NCBI GenBank assembly: GCA_021202205.1
Contig: JAJQDJ010000170.1
Location: forward strand, 1-24,765
DNA from: Erysipelotrichaceae bacterium
GTDB lineage: Bacteria; Bacillota_I; Bacilli_A; Erysipelotrichales; Coprobacillaceae
Length of the DNA stretch: 24,765 nucleotides
Direction: 5' to 3'
Part shown: positions 14,756 to 24,173 of the stretch, piece after piece
How the letters are laid out: each line of letters opens with the position of its first letter
Position numbering within the stretch: position 1 is the stretch's first letter
The notes under the pieces: model-generated
Database searches by the model: none
Told to the model about the DNA's origin: nothing
The model's input: only the letters and a program-made list of their open reading frames with translations
Translations under genes and position numbers: made by a program

Positions 14756-16131
14756 TGAAATCTATTTATGGAAAATTAATTATAGGATTTTTGGTAAGTA
14801 TACTATTAAGTTTTTCGATAGCTGGTTATTTTTCTCTAAGAAAAAATAACAGTGCATTAGGACAATTAGCTGTAGATGATTTAAATAATGCGACACAATT
14901 AATTAGTGATTTTATTGATGATATTGATAGTGATAAATTGGATCAGGTATTAAATGATTATGAAGTGTCTTCTGATTTAACTTTTGCAATTATTAGTCAA
15001 GATAATACAAAAAGTTATGGCAATGTTGATGATTTTTTGGATGATGAATCATTGCAGTATCTTTACAATAATGTTGGTGAAGTGATCACATCTAACGATT
15101 CAACCATAAAACAATATGCCAAATCGTATGAAATAGATGGTACTATCTATATTATTAAGGCGCAAAAGGATATTGTAGAAAGTGAAAAGATTTTTATTTC
15201 TTCTGGTATTATTGCTATATTTTGTATATTAATCGCAGGTAATGTTATCTTTTTGGTAATAGCTGATATTATTGTGAAACCTATATCACGTCTTACAAAG
15301 GCTACCAATGAATTATCGAAAGGGAATTATCGTGTTCGTGTTAATTATACGGGTAATGATGAAATTGCGCGCTTGAATCGTAGTTTTAATCAGATGGCAC
15401 AGCAATTAGCCAAACAGGAAGAAACGCGTCAGCAGTTCATTTCTGACGTATCTCATGAGTTTCAAACGCCATTAACTGCCATTAGTGGATTTGCGACAAT
15501 TTTAAAAAATGAAAAAATTAGTGATGAACAAAGACAAAAATATGCTGATATTATATTGTTCCATAGTCGTCGTTTATCAACATTATCCAAAAATATGTTA
15601 CAATTAACTTTACTAGATAGTGAAGATGTACAATTGGATATAGCTGAATATTCTTTGATAGAGCAATTGGATCGTGTGATTGATACGCAGCTTCATTTAG
15701 CCAATAGCAAGAATATAGAAATAGAATTTGATAAACCAAAAAATGATGTACGTATTGAAGCAGATGAAGCAAGATTGGAACAAGTTTGGATCAATCTTAT
15801 TAATAATGCGATTAAATATACAAATGATAATGGAATTGTTACTATAAAAGTAAAGAAGACAGTATTAGGTGTGGAAGTAAGTGTTCAGGATACGGGAATA
15901 GGTATGAGTAAAGAGGCTATATCGCATATTTTTGAACGATTCTATCGTTCAGATAAATCTCGAAAGATAGAAGGTAATGGCTTAGGATTGTCTATTGTTA
16001 AACGTATTGTCGATTTGCATCAAGGTACAATAGATGTCGTATCTAGAGAAGATGGTGGTAGTGAATTTACAGTAAAATTACCAGAAAATCGTACTTTTTT
16101 CATTGGAGAAAGATTAAGAAAGGATAAATAA
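14755..16131 (+). CDS. Two-TM HAMP sensor histidine kinase, HssS-like
   Basis: Two TM segments, HAMP (KPISRL..A...L..G.Y..DEIARL..SFNQM), H-box SHEFQTP, N-box NLINNAIKY, G1 DTGIG, F IFERFYR, G2 GNGLGL; TAATG coupling to the regulator. Confidence 0.93.
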   Translation: MKSIYGKLIIGFLVSILLSFSIAGYFSLRKNNSALGQLAVDDLNNATQLISDFIDDIDSDKLDQVLNDYEVSSDLTFAIISQDNTKSYGNVDDFLDDESLQYLYNNVGEVITSNDSTIKQYAKSYEIDGTIYIIKAQKDIVESEKIFISSGIIAIFCILIAGNVIFLVIADIIVKPISRLTKATNELSKGNYRVRVNYTGNDEIARLNRSFNQMAQQLAKQEETRQQFISDVSHEFQTPLTAISGFATILKNEKISDEQRQKYADIILFHSRRLSTLSKNMLQLTLLDSEDVQLDIAEYSLIEQLDRVIDTQLHLANSKNIEIEFDKPKNDVRIEADEARLEQVWINLINNAIKYTNDNGIVTIKVKKTVLGVEVSVQDTGIGMSKEAISHIFERFYRSDKSRKIEGNGLGLSIVKRIVDLHQGTIDVVSREDGGSEFTVKLPENRTFFIGERLRKDK

Positions 16132-16132
16132 G

Positions 16133-19078
16133 ATGTATTTAAAAAGAATAGAACTTCATGGTTTTAAGTCTTTTGCAGATAAATCAGTGATAGAATTTCA
16201 ACCAGGTATTACTGGTGTAGTAGGACCCAATGGTTGTGGAAAATCGAATATAGCTGACGCTGTTCGTTGGGTTTTAGGTGAACAATCAGTGAAATCTCTA
16301 AGAGGATCAAATATGTCCGATGTTATCTTTAATGGTAGTGAAGATCGTAAGGCTCAAAATGTGGCAGAGGTGACTTTGGTATTTGATAATGAAGATCGTA
16401 CCATGCATTTGGATTATAATGAAATAGAGATTACGAGAAGGCTTTATCGTCAAAATAATGAAGCTGAATATTTGATTAATCAGCAGATATGTCGTTTAAA
16501 GGATATTGTTGATTTAATTATGGATACAGGTTTGGGAAGAGATTCTCTTTCTATTATCTCACAAGGTAATATTTCTTCTTTTGCGGATAGTAAGCCAGAA
16601 GATAGAAGAGGCATGTTTGAGGAAGCTGCTGGTGTAGCCAAATATAAAAAAAGAAAGAATGAATCGATTCGTAAATTAGAACGTACACGTGATAATTTGG
16701 ATCGTGTTGAAGATATTTGCTTGGAACTGGAAAAACAGATTGGCCCTTTAAAACGTCAAAAAGAAAAAGCTGAAACCTATTTAGAGTTAAAGGATCAATT
16801 ACAATCTATTGAAGTAAGTGTGCTGGTATCAGAAATTAGTCAGTTATCTCAGGCATTAAAAGAGCTTAATCATGATTTGGATACACTCAAGAAAGATGAA
16901 ACCGAGATTGATGGACAAATATTATTGAGTGAACAACAAAATGAAATCTATAAGAAAAAGATGTTTGAACTTGATAGTGAAATTAATGATTTACAAGGTC
17001 AATTTTTAGGGACTATGAATCGTGTCAATGAACTAGAAACACAAAAAATAGAAATAGATTCTTCACGTAAACATCTTTTAGAAACAACATCTAAAGAAGA
17101 TATTGAAGCTAAAATTGCTTCGTTAAAGCTTATATTACAAGATGCTATTAGTGAATATAATGATCGTGTCAATCGTTATAATGAGACTAAAGATGAAAAA
17201 CAAACGCTAGAAGCTATGCAGGAAAGTAACCGTGCAAAAATGGCACAAATAAGACAGGAGATAGAACAATTGAATTTATCTCTTCACAATAATCGTGAAA
17301 AACATACTCAGCTTGTTGATGCTATAGAAAACAAATCTGGTTATAGTTATGGTGTTCGTTCCATTTTACAGGCTAAGCAGTCATTACATGGCATTATTGG
17401 AACATTGGGTGATATTATACAATGTGATGAAAAATACGAAACTGCCCTGTCTGTTGCTCTTGGTGGCGCTATTCAGTTTATCGTATGTGTGAGTGATCAA
17501 GATGCGAGAAATGCAATCAGTTTTTTAAAAAATAATAAGTCAGGAAGAGCAACTTTTTTACCACTAGATGTTATGAAGCAAAGAGGATTGCGTCAGGAAC
17601 ATCTCATTGTTTGTCAAAATATGAAAGGGTATTTAGGAGTGATGTGTGACTTTGTGAATTATCCGTCACGCATAGATAATGTTGTTAAGAATCAATTGGG
17701 TCATATTATCTTATCTGATAATTTGGAACATGCCTCAGCAATATCTCAAGCAACATTTAATCGTTATAAAGTTGTGACACTTAGTGGTGATGTTATCAAT
17801 GTTGGAGGATCTTTAACTGGTGGTAGCTATAAAAATCAAAATTCACCTTATGAGAGCAAACGTGAAATGCAACGTTTAGAAAAATTAATTAAAGAACAAG
17901 AAAGAAATCTTAATGATAAAAAAGCAATGCTGAATGATTCCGATAATCAAGCTCGAGAAATTGCCCATAATTTATTACAAAAACAAATGTCTTTTGCCAA
18001 ATTAGAAGTTGTTGTAACAAATAAACGTAGTGAATTAAATGTCGCTAAAAGTGAATATGAAAGCTTAACGCATCAAAGCATTGAACTGTCAGCATTAGAG
18101 AGCGGTTCACAAAATAATGAATTAATCAATGAACTCAATGCTGTTAAAAAGAAAAGAGATCGTTTGACAGAATCTATTCAAGCCAAACGTGAGTTACGAA
18201 TGAGTTTTGTTAATGATAATGATAAAACTGAAAATACGCTTAAGCATATGCGTAAGCAATTGCGTGAAGTACAAGCAGATATAACGCAAAAACAAGTTAT
18301 CAAAGCAAAAAATGAGACAGAATTATCAAATTACTTGAAAAGATTGAATGATGAATATAAGATGACCTATGATCATGCATTAGAAGAATATACATTATCT
18401 TTAGATATGGATAAAGCTAAAGAAGAGGTTAAAACACTACGTCATGAAATAGAATTATTAGGTAATGTCAATATTCAATCTATTGAAGATTATCAAGAAG
18501 TATCTACTCGCTATGAAACATTAAATAAACAACGTCTCGACTTATTGCATGCTCAAGATAGTATATTAAAAGCTATAGATGAAATGGATGAAATTATGAC
18601 AAGTCGTTTTAGTGACACTTTTGAAAAGATTAATAAAGAATTTAATGTGGTTTTTAGGAGTTTATTTGGAGGTGGCAAAGCACAACTTAAATATAGTGAT
18701 CCTGATAACATTCTAGAAACTGGCATTGATATTGATGTACAGCCACCAGGTAAAGCTGTGCAAAATATTACATTATTTTCAGGTGGAGAAAAAGCATTGA
18801 TTGCTATTTCTTGCTTATTTGCGATATTGCGTGTAAGACCTTTGCCAATGTGTATTTTGGATGAGGTTGAAGCAGCGTTAGATGTTGCTAATGTTGAAAG
18901 ATTCGCCAAATATTTACGTTCTTTTTCAACTCAGACACAATTTATTGTTGTAACCCATCGTGAAGGCACAATGGAGGAATGTGATCTTCTTTATGGTGCG
19001 ACTATGAAACAAAAAGGTGTTACAAAACTTGTCAGTGTCAAATTAAAAGATGCTATAGATTTGGCTAATCCTGCTTAG
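16133..19078 (+). CDS. smc: Chromosome segregation protein SMC (short-arm type, 981 aa)
   Basis: MYLKRIELHGFKSFA, Walker A GPNGCGKS, Q-loop ISQG, hinge GDVINVGGSLTGG, signature FSGGE, Walker B/D-loop ILDEVEAALD, VVTH. Confidence 0.97.
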   Translation: MYLKRIELHGFKSFADKSVIEFQPGITGVVGPNGCGKSNIADAVRWVLGEQSVKSLRGSNMSDVIFNGSEDRKAQNVAEVTLVFDNEDRTMHLDYNEIEITRRLYRQNNEAEYLINQQICRLKDIVDLIMDTGLGRDSLSIISQGNISSFADSKPEDRRGMFEEAAGVAKYKKRKNESIRKLERTRDNLDRVEDICLELEKQIGPLKRQKEKAETYLELKDQLQSIEVSVLVSEISQLSQALKELNHDLDTLKKDETEIDGQILLSEQQNEIYKKKMFELDSEINDLQGQFLGTMNRVNELETQKIEIDSSRKHLLETTSKEDIEAKIASLKLILQDAISEYNDRVNRYNETKDEKQTLEAMQESNRAKMAQIRQEIEQLNLSLHNNREKHTQLVDAIENKSGYSYGVRSILQAKQSLHGIIGTLGDIIQCDEKYETALSVALGGAIQFIVCVSDQDARNAISFLKNNKSGRATFLPLDVMKQRGLRQEHLIVCQNMKGYLGVMCDFVNYPSRIDNVVKNQLGHIILSDNLEHASAISQATFNRYKVVTLSGDVINVGGSLTGGSYKNQNSPYESKREMQRLEKLIKEQERNLNDKKAMLNDSDNQAREIAHNLLQKQMSFAKLEVVVTNKRSELNVAKSEYESLTHQSIELSALESGSQNNELINELNAVKKKRDRLTESIQAKRELRMSFVNDNDKTENTLKHMRKQLREVQADITQKQVIKAKNETELSNYLKRLNDEYKMTYDHALEEYTLSLDMDKAKEEVKTLRHEIELLGNVNIQSIEDYQEVSTRYETLNKQRLDLLHAQDSILKAIDEMDEIMTSRFSDTFEKINKEFNVVFRSLFGGGKAQLKYSDPDNILETGIDIDVQPPGKAVQNITLFSGGEKALIAISCLFAILRVRPLPMCILDEVEAALDVANVERFAKYLRSFSTQTQFIVVTHREGTMEECDLLYGATMKQKGVTKLVSVKLKDAIDLANPA

Positions 19079-19090
19079 GAGGTATATGAA

Positions 19091-20068
19091 ATGGGATTTT
19101 TTAGTAAAATAAAAGATGCCTTGGTTGGTAATTCTGCCAAGCAAAATGAAAAATATGTTGCTGGTTTAGACAAATCAAGTTCTACTTTGTCTTCTAAAAT
19201 CAATGAATTGGCAGCGCGTTATCGTGAAATTGATGATGCTTATTTTGAAGAACTTGAAAATATCTTGATTATGAGCGATGTTGGTGTTTCCATGGTTATG
19301 ACAATTGTGGATGAAATCAAAAAAGAAGTGAGACTTCAAAATATTAAAGATCCTGCTAAAATCAATGAAATCATTGTTGATAAAATGTTTGTTATATATG
19401 CCAATGAAGGCTATATGACAACCAAAATTAATTATGATGAAAATGATTTAACAGTGATTTTAATGGTGGGAGTGAATGGTGCAGGAAAAACAACAACGAT
19501 TGCCAAGCTGGCTCATATGATGTTGAGTGAAGGTAAAACTGTTATGTTGGCAGCTGGTGATACATTTAGAGCTGGAGCTATTGATCAATTGGCTGTATGG
19601 GCTGATAGATTACAAGTTGAATGTATTAAAGGTAAAGAAGGCGGAGACCCTTCAGCAGTTGTTTTTGATGCATTAAAACAAGCTAAAGATAAAAATGTTG
19701 ATGTTTTAATATGCGATACAGCAGGACGATTACAAAATAAAGTTAATTTAATGAATGAATTAGAAAAGATGAATCGTATTATTAAACGTGTTGTACCAAA
19801 TGGTCCTCAAGAAACATTATTGGTTATAGATGCAACGACAGGTCAAAACGGTGTTTCTCAAGCTTCTGAGTTTGCTAAGATTACTGATATTACAGGTATT
19901 GTTTTAACTAAGATGGATGGAACAGCCAAAGGTGGTATTGTTTTATCAATAAAGGATAAACTTAATATACCTGTGAAATTTATTGGTTTAGGCGAACAAA
20001 TGGATGATTTACAAGAATTTGATTTGGAACAATATATTTATGGCTTATGTAAGAATATGATGGAGTAA
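19091..20068 (+). CDS. ftsY: SRP receptor FtsY (NG domain, no long acidic extension)
   Basis: GVNGAGKTTT, DTFRAGA, DTAGRLQNK, TKMDGTAKGG. Confidence 0.97.
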   Translation: MGFFSKIKDALVGNSAKQNEKYVAGLDKSSSTLSSKINELAARYREIDDAYFEELENILIMSDVGVSMVMTIVDEIKKEVRLQNIKDPAKINEIIVDKMFVIYANEGYMTTKINYDENDLTVILMVGVNGAGKTTTIAKLAHMMLSEGKTVMLAAGDTFRAGAIDQLAVWADRLQVECIKGKEGGDPSAVVFDALKQAKDKNVDVLICDTAGRLQNKVNLMNELEKMNRIIKRVVPNGPQETLLVIDATTGQNGVSQASEFAKITDITGIVLTKMDGTAKGGIVLSIKDKLNIPVKFIGLGEQMDDLQEFDLEQYIYGLCKNMME

Positions 20069-20071
20069 GCA

Positions 20072-20401
20072 ATGGAAGATAGTTTAGAAAAAAAACAGCA
20101 TGTCAATCTTTTAATGGATTGTTATGAAGAATTATTAACGGATAAGCAGCGTCAATATTTATCGCTTTATTATCAGGAAGATTTATCTTTAAGTGAAATT
20201 GCAGAGGAACTTAATGTTTCACGCAATGCTGTTTTTGATAATTTAAAACGAGCTGTTCATACATTAGAAACTTATGAAAACAAATTACATTTGCTTAGTA
20301 AACATCAACAAAGACTTGAACTCATTCAACGTATTGAAAATAAGCAAAACGAACAGAATGAAGAACTTAAAGATTATTTGGAAATGTTAAGAAGGATATA
20401 G
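20072..20401 (+). CDS. ylxM: YlxM-family HTH protein
   Basis: Y..LLTDKQRQY.SLYY.EDLSLSEIAEEL.VSRNAVFD.LKR, conserved position upstream of ffh. Confidence 0.92.
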   Translation: MEDSLEKKQHVNLLMDCYEELLTDKQRQYLSLYYQEDLSLSEIAEELNVSRNAVFDNLKRAVHTLETYENKLHLLSKHQQRLELIQRIENKQNEQNEELKDYLEMLRRI

Positions 20402-20413
20402 GAGGTAGAATTT

Positions 20414-21802
20414 ATGGCTTTTGAATCACTTTCCGAAAGATTACAGGAGAGCCTAAAGAAAGTAAGAGGGCAAGCAACCTTAACTGAAGAAAACATGGAT
20501 GAAATGCTTCGTGAAATACGTTTGGCATTGTTAGAAGCCGATGTTAACTATGAGGTTGTACGAGAGTTTATCGCACATACAAAAGAAAAAGCATTGGGGC
20601 AGGATGTTTTAGGATCGCTTAAACCTGGACAAGTTGTAGTTAAGATTGTTCATGATGAATTGGTTGAATTATTAGGAACAAAAGAAAGTGAATTAGATTT
20701 ATCAAAAACACCAACAATTATTATGATGGTTGGTTTACAGGGTTCTGGTAAAACAACTTCTGCAGCTAAAATTGCTAAATATTTGGTGGAAAAGAAAAGT
20801 AAGAAACCTTTACTTGTTGCAGCCGATATTTACCGTCCAGCGGCTATTGATCAGTTGGTTACTTTAGGAAATCAATTAAATATTCCAGTATTTGAAAAAG
20901 GAACGGATGTATCTGCTCAAGATATTGTCCGTGAGGCTTTAGCATATGGACAAAGTCAAAATCATGATGTCATTTTAATTGATACAGCTGGTCGTTTGCA
21001 TATTGATGAACCTTTAATGCAAGAACTAGCTGATATTAAGAGTATTGCACATCCAAGTGATATTTTATTGGTTGTTGATGCTTTAACTGGTCAGGATATT
21101 GTCAATGTTGCGTCTTCATTTAATGAACAACTTGGTATTACGGGTGCTGTTCTTACAAAATTAGATGGCGATTCACGTGGTGGTGGAGCTATTTCTATTC
21201 GTCATGTAACACATGTACCTATTAAATTTATTGGTACAGGTGAAAAACTAGATGAAATTGATTTATTTTATCCAGAGCGCATGGCAGATAGAATACTTGG
21301 CATGGGAGATGTTGTATCACTTGTTGAAAAAGTTCAGGATGTTTATGATGAAAAAGAAGCTGTTAAAACTGTCGAACGTATGCAACAAGGTATCTTTGGC
21401 TTTGATGATTTGCTTGAACAAATGCATAACATGCAAAAGCTTGGACCTATTTCTGGTATTATGAAAATGATTCCTGGAATGCCAAAAGTTGATATCAATG
21501 ATGAAGAAACCAATCAACGATTTAAAGTCATGGAATCTATTATTTATTCAATGACACCACAAGAACGTAAAAATCCCGATTTATTGAATGCTAAAAGAAA
21601 AATAAGAATTGCTAATGGTTCAGGTCATACGGTTGCTGAAGTCAACCGTCTTGTTAAACAACTAGAAAATACAAAACAAATGATGAAACAAATGGGCAAT
21701 ATTGATCCAGTAACTGGTATGCCTACACAACGAAAAAAACAAAATAACACATATAATCCTTATCGTAAGAAAGTTAGACATAAAAAGAAGAAAAAAAGAT
21801 AA
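20414..21802 (+). CDS. ffh: Signal recognition particle protein Ffh
   Basis: MAFESLSERL, LLEADVN, GLQGSGKTT, DIYRPAA, DTAGRL, TKLDGDSRGG, M domain KMIPGM..SMT.QER. Confidence 0.98.
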   Translation: MAFESLSERLQESLKKVRGQATLTEENMDEMLREIRLALLEADVNYEVVREFIAHTKEKALGQDVLGSLKPGQVVVKIVHDELVELLGTKESELDLSKTPTIIMMVGLQGSGKTTSAAKIAKYLVEKKSKKPLLVAADIYRPAAIDQLVTLGNQLNIPVFEKGTDVSAQDIVREALAYGQSQNHDVILIDTAGRLHIDEPLMQELADIKSIAHPSDILLVVDALTGQDIVNVASSFNEQLGITGAVLTKLDGDSRGGGAISIRHVTHVPIKFIGTGEKLDEIDLFYPERMADRILGMGDVVSLVEKVQDVYDEKEAVKTVERMQQGIFGFDDLLEQMHNMQKLGPISGIMKMIPGMPKVDINDEETNQRFKVMESIIYSMTPQERKNPDLLNAKRKIRIANGSGHTVAEVNRLVKQLENTKQMMKQMGNIDPVTGMPTQRKKQNNTYNPYRKKVRHKKKKKR

Positions 21803-21820
21803 TATGTTAAGTAAAAATAC

Positions 21821-21848
21821 TTGACAGATACTTTATTTGTGTTATGAT
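21821..21848 (+). promoter_or_regulatory. Sigma-A promoter for rpsP-khpA(-rimM-trmD)
   Basis: TTGACA(21821-21826)-16 bp-TATGAT(21843-21848) with TG extension at 21840-21841. Confidence 0.8.
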
Positions 21849-21878
21849 ATACAAGCAATTAATAAATGGAGGTAAATT

Positions 21879-22154
21879 ATGGCAGTCAAAATTAGATTAA
21901 AAAGAATGGGTGCAAAAAAAGCACCATTTTATAGAATTGTTGTAGCAGATTCAAGAGCAAAAAGAGATGGACGTTTTATCGAACAAGTAGGAACATATGA
22001 TCCAACTAAAAATCCTGCTGTTATAACAGTTAAAGAAGAAGCAATTTTATCATGGTTAGAAAAAGGTGCTCAACCTTCTGATACAGTTAGAAGTATTTTA
22101 AGAAGTGAAGGCATTATGAAAAAATTTGCTGAACAAAAAAATGCAAAGAAATAG
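21879..22154 (+). CDS. rpsP: 30S ribosomal protein S16
   Basis: [37 protein letters not shown]; GGAGG RBS. Confidence 0.99.
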   Translation: MAVKIRLKRMGAKKAPFYRIVVADSRAKRDGRFIEQVGTYDPTKNPAVITVKEEAILSWLEKGAQPSDTVRSILRSEGIMKKFAEQKNAKK

Positions 22155-22166
22155 TGGTGAGTATTG

Positions 22167-22418
22167 ATGGATTATGTTAAGACATTACATGATATCGCAG
22201 TTGAACTTGTTAAGGATAAGGAACATCTAGAAGTAAGACAGATGCCTTCTTTAGAAGAAGATACAGTTGTTTTATATGTATATGCTTCACATGATGATAT
22301 TGCGAAACTCATTGGCAGAAAAGGTATGATGGCTAATTCTATTCGACAGCTTATGTCTGTTTCGGGGCGTTTGAACAACAAGCGATTAGACATCAAATTT
22401 GAATCGTATGGAGAATAG
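22167..22418 (+). CDS. khpA: KH-domain RNA-binding protein KhpA (YlqC family)
   Basis: DIAKLIGRKG (GxxG loop), about 83 aa, conserved position after rpsP; ATG 22167 preferred (GGTGA at 22156-22160). Confidence 0.88.
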   Translation: MDYVKTLHDIAVELVKDKEHLEVRQMPSLEEDTVVLYVYASHDDIAKLIGRKGMMANSIRQLMSVSGRLNNKRLDIKFESYGE

Positions 22419-22438
22419 ATGTTTGCATCTATTTTTTT
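22414..22438 (+). terminator. Intra-operon terminator between khpA and rimM
   Basis: AATAGATG-tttg-CATCTATT followed by a T7 run. Confidence 0.7.
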
Positions 22439-22455
22439 CATTATAAGGAGATTTT

Positions 22456-22959
22456 ATGGAAAAAGTAAAGATTGGTAAAATTGTCAATACTCATGGTATC
22501 AAAGGTGAATTGAAAGTGAAGTCATTGACGGATTTTCCTGAAGAAAGATTTGAAAAAGGAAATAAGGTGACAATCCGTTATCAAAATCATGATATAGACA
22601 TGGAAGTATTAAAACATCGTTATCATAAAGGTCATATTTTAGTTACTTTTAAAGATTATGAAGATATCAATCTTGTAGAAAAATACAAGGGATGTGATCT
22701 TTATAGTGAAAAGGATCCTTCTTTACTCGATGAAGGTGAATATTATGTTGATGATTTGATAGGCTGTCAAGTATATAATTATAATAATTATATCGGTGAT
22801 GTCAGTGATGTACAACTTTATGACCATCATGATATTTTGGTTGTTCAAGGAAAACAAAAAATCATGATTCCTTATGTTGAAGCATTTGTTAAAGAAGAAG
22901 ATATTGATCATAAACGTATAGATGTTGAATTGATAGAAGGTTTTATTAATGAAGATTGA
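22456..22959 (+). CDS. rimM: Ribosome maturation factor RimM
   Basis: IGKIVNTHGIKGELKV, TDFPEERF, EYYVDDLIG, MIPYV..FV..D; AAGGAG RBS. Confidence 0.96.
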   Translation: MEKVKIGKIVNTHGIKGELKVKSLTDFPEERFEKGNKVTIRYQNHDIDMEVLKHRYHKGHILVTFKDYEDINLVEKYKGCDLYSEKDPSLLDEGEYYVDDLIGCQVYNYNNYIGDVSDVQLYDHHDILVVQGKQKIMIPYVEAFVKEEDIDHKRIDVELIEGFINED

Positions 22960-23668
22960 TATATTATCTTTATTTCCTGAAATGTTTGAAGGTTTTTTAC
23001 ATACATCGATCATTAAACGATCTATTGATAGTAAAATCGTTGAGGTTAAGATTCATGATTTTCGTGAGTTTGCGGATAATAAACATAAAAAAGTTGATGA
23101 TTATCCCTATGGTGGCGGTCAAGGTATGGTTTTAATGTGTCAACCAATTATCGATTGTTTAAAAACTCTTGTAACACCTCAGTCTTTAATTATTCTTATG
23201 TCTCCACAAGGGCAGACATTACAACAAAGCACAAGTGTACAATTGTCACATTATGAGCATCTTATTTTCATATGTGGTCATTATGAGGGGTTTGATGAGC
23301 GTATTAGAGATTATGTCGATATAGAATTATCTATTGGTGATTATATTTTAACTGGTGGTGAATTAGCCAGTATGGTTGTATGTGATTCCATTATTCGCTT
23401 GCTAGATGGAGCGATTCGCGAAACAAGTCATGAAGATGATAGTTTTAGTGAGGGATTACTAGAATATCCACAATATACCAGACCTTATGAATATGATGGT
23501 CATAGTGTTCCTGATATTTTATTAAGTGGTCATCATGAAAATATTCGAAAGTGGAGACTGAAACAATCATTACTCAAAACTTATCATAAAAGACCTGATC
23601 TATTAGAAAAGAAAGAATTTAGTCAGGAAGAAATAAAAATTTTACAGGAAATGAAAGAAAATGATTGA
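22949..23668 (+). CDS. trmD: tRNA (guanine-N1)-methyltransferase TrmD
   Basis: LSLFPEMF, VDDYPYGGGQGM, SPQG, CGHYEGFDER, SIGDYILTGGE, LEYPQYTRP, LSGHH. Confidence 0.98.
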   Translation: MKIDILSLFPEMFEGFLHTSIIKRSIDSKIVEVKIHDFREFADNKHKKVDDYPYGGGQGMVLMCQPIIDCLKTLVTPQSLIILMSPQGQTLQQSTSVQLSHYEHLIFICGHYEGFDERIRDYVDIELSIGDYILTGGELASMVVCDSIIRLLDGAIRETSHEDDSFSEGLLEYPQYTRPYEYDGHSVPDILLSGHHENIRKWRLKQSLLKTYHKRPDLLEKKEFSQEEIKILQEMKEND

Positions 23669-23693
23669 TTTTTTCATATCTAAATGATATTAT
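23665..23693 (+). promoter_or_regulatory. Sigma-A promoter for rplS overlapping the trmD stop
   Basis: TTGATT(23665-23670)-17 bp-TATTAT(23688-23693) with TG at 23685-23686. Confidence 0.7.
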
Positions 23694-23710
23694 TAACTAG
23701 TCGTTTGACA

Positions 23711-23746
23711 CAGAAGTTCCGCTGGTAATAATACGTATGAACTTTG
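23711..23746 (+). ncRNA. L19 leader (putative ribosomal protein autoregulatory RNA)
   Basis: GAAGTTC-CGCTG...AT-GAACTTT: 7-bp stem (23713-23719/23739-23745) with the GUUCCGCUG..GAAC core I recall from Firmicute L19 leaders, between promoter and rplS RBS. Confidence 0.7.
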
Positions 23747-23779
23747 AAGACAAAATTTGATAAAGGAGGAAGTCATATT

Positions 23780-24130
23780 ATGAATATGCAATTAGTTGAT
23801 CAAATCACTAAGAAACAACTAAGAAATGATATTCCAGATTTTAAGCCTGGGGACACATTAAAAGTTTATGTCCGTATTCAAGAAGGTAACAAGACACGTT
23901 TACAATTATTTGAAGGTGTTTGTATTTCTAGAAAAGGTGGAGGAATTTCTGAATCATTTACTGTTAGAAAGATTTCTTACCAGGTTGGTGTAGAAAGAAC
24001 TTTCCCACTTCATTCACCAATTATTGATAGAATCGAAGTCGCTAAAATTGGTAAAGTTCGTAGAGCTAAATTACATTACTTACGTGGTTTATCTGGAAAA
24101 GCTGCAAGAATTAAAGAAATTCGTAAATAA
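23780..24130 (+). CDS. rplS: 50S ribosomal protein L19
   Basis: [54 protein letters not shown]. Start moved from TTG 23744 to ATG 23780 (AAGGAGGA RBS). Confidence 0.99.
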   Translation: MNMQLVDQITKKQLRNDIPDFKPGDTLKVYVRIQEGNKTRLQLFEGVCISRKGGGISESFTVRKISYQVGVERTFPLHSPIIDRIEVAKIGKVRRAKLHYLRGLSGKAARIKEIRK

Positions 24131-24155
24131 AGTATGGGGAAACTCATACTTTTTT
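24129..24155 (+). terminator. Terminator after rplS
   Basis: AAAGTATGGG-GAAA-CTCATACTTT (GNRA loop, one wobble) plus T-run. Confidence 0.8.
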
Positions 24156-24173
24156 ATTTAAAAGGAGGACTTT

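Noticed and set aside
20215-20230. parS-like TGTTTCACG downstream of smc
   Set aside because: Only a half site (the rest is CAATGCT), explained by the VSR codons of the YlxM helix-turn-helix
7339-21517. Remaining nested ORF-track entries (7339, 10670, 11841, 12360, 12630, 14143, 15551, 18553, 21252, 21317)
   Set aside because: All overlap well-supported genes on the opposite strand or in another frame, with no independent signals
22172-23013. Antisense ORFs 22172-22441 and 22723-23013
   Set aside because: Shadows of khpA and rimM/trmD
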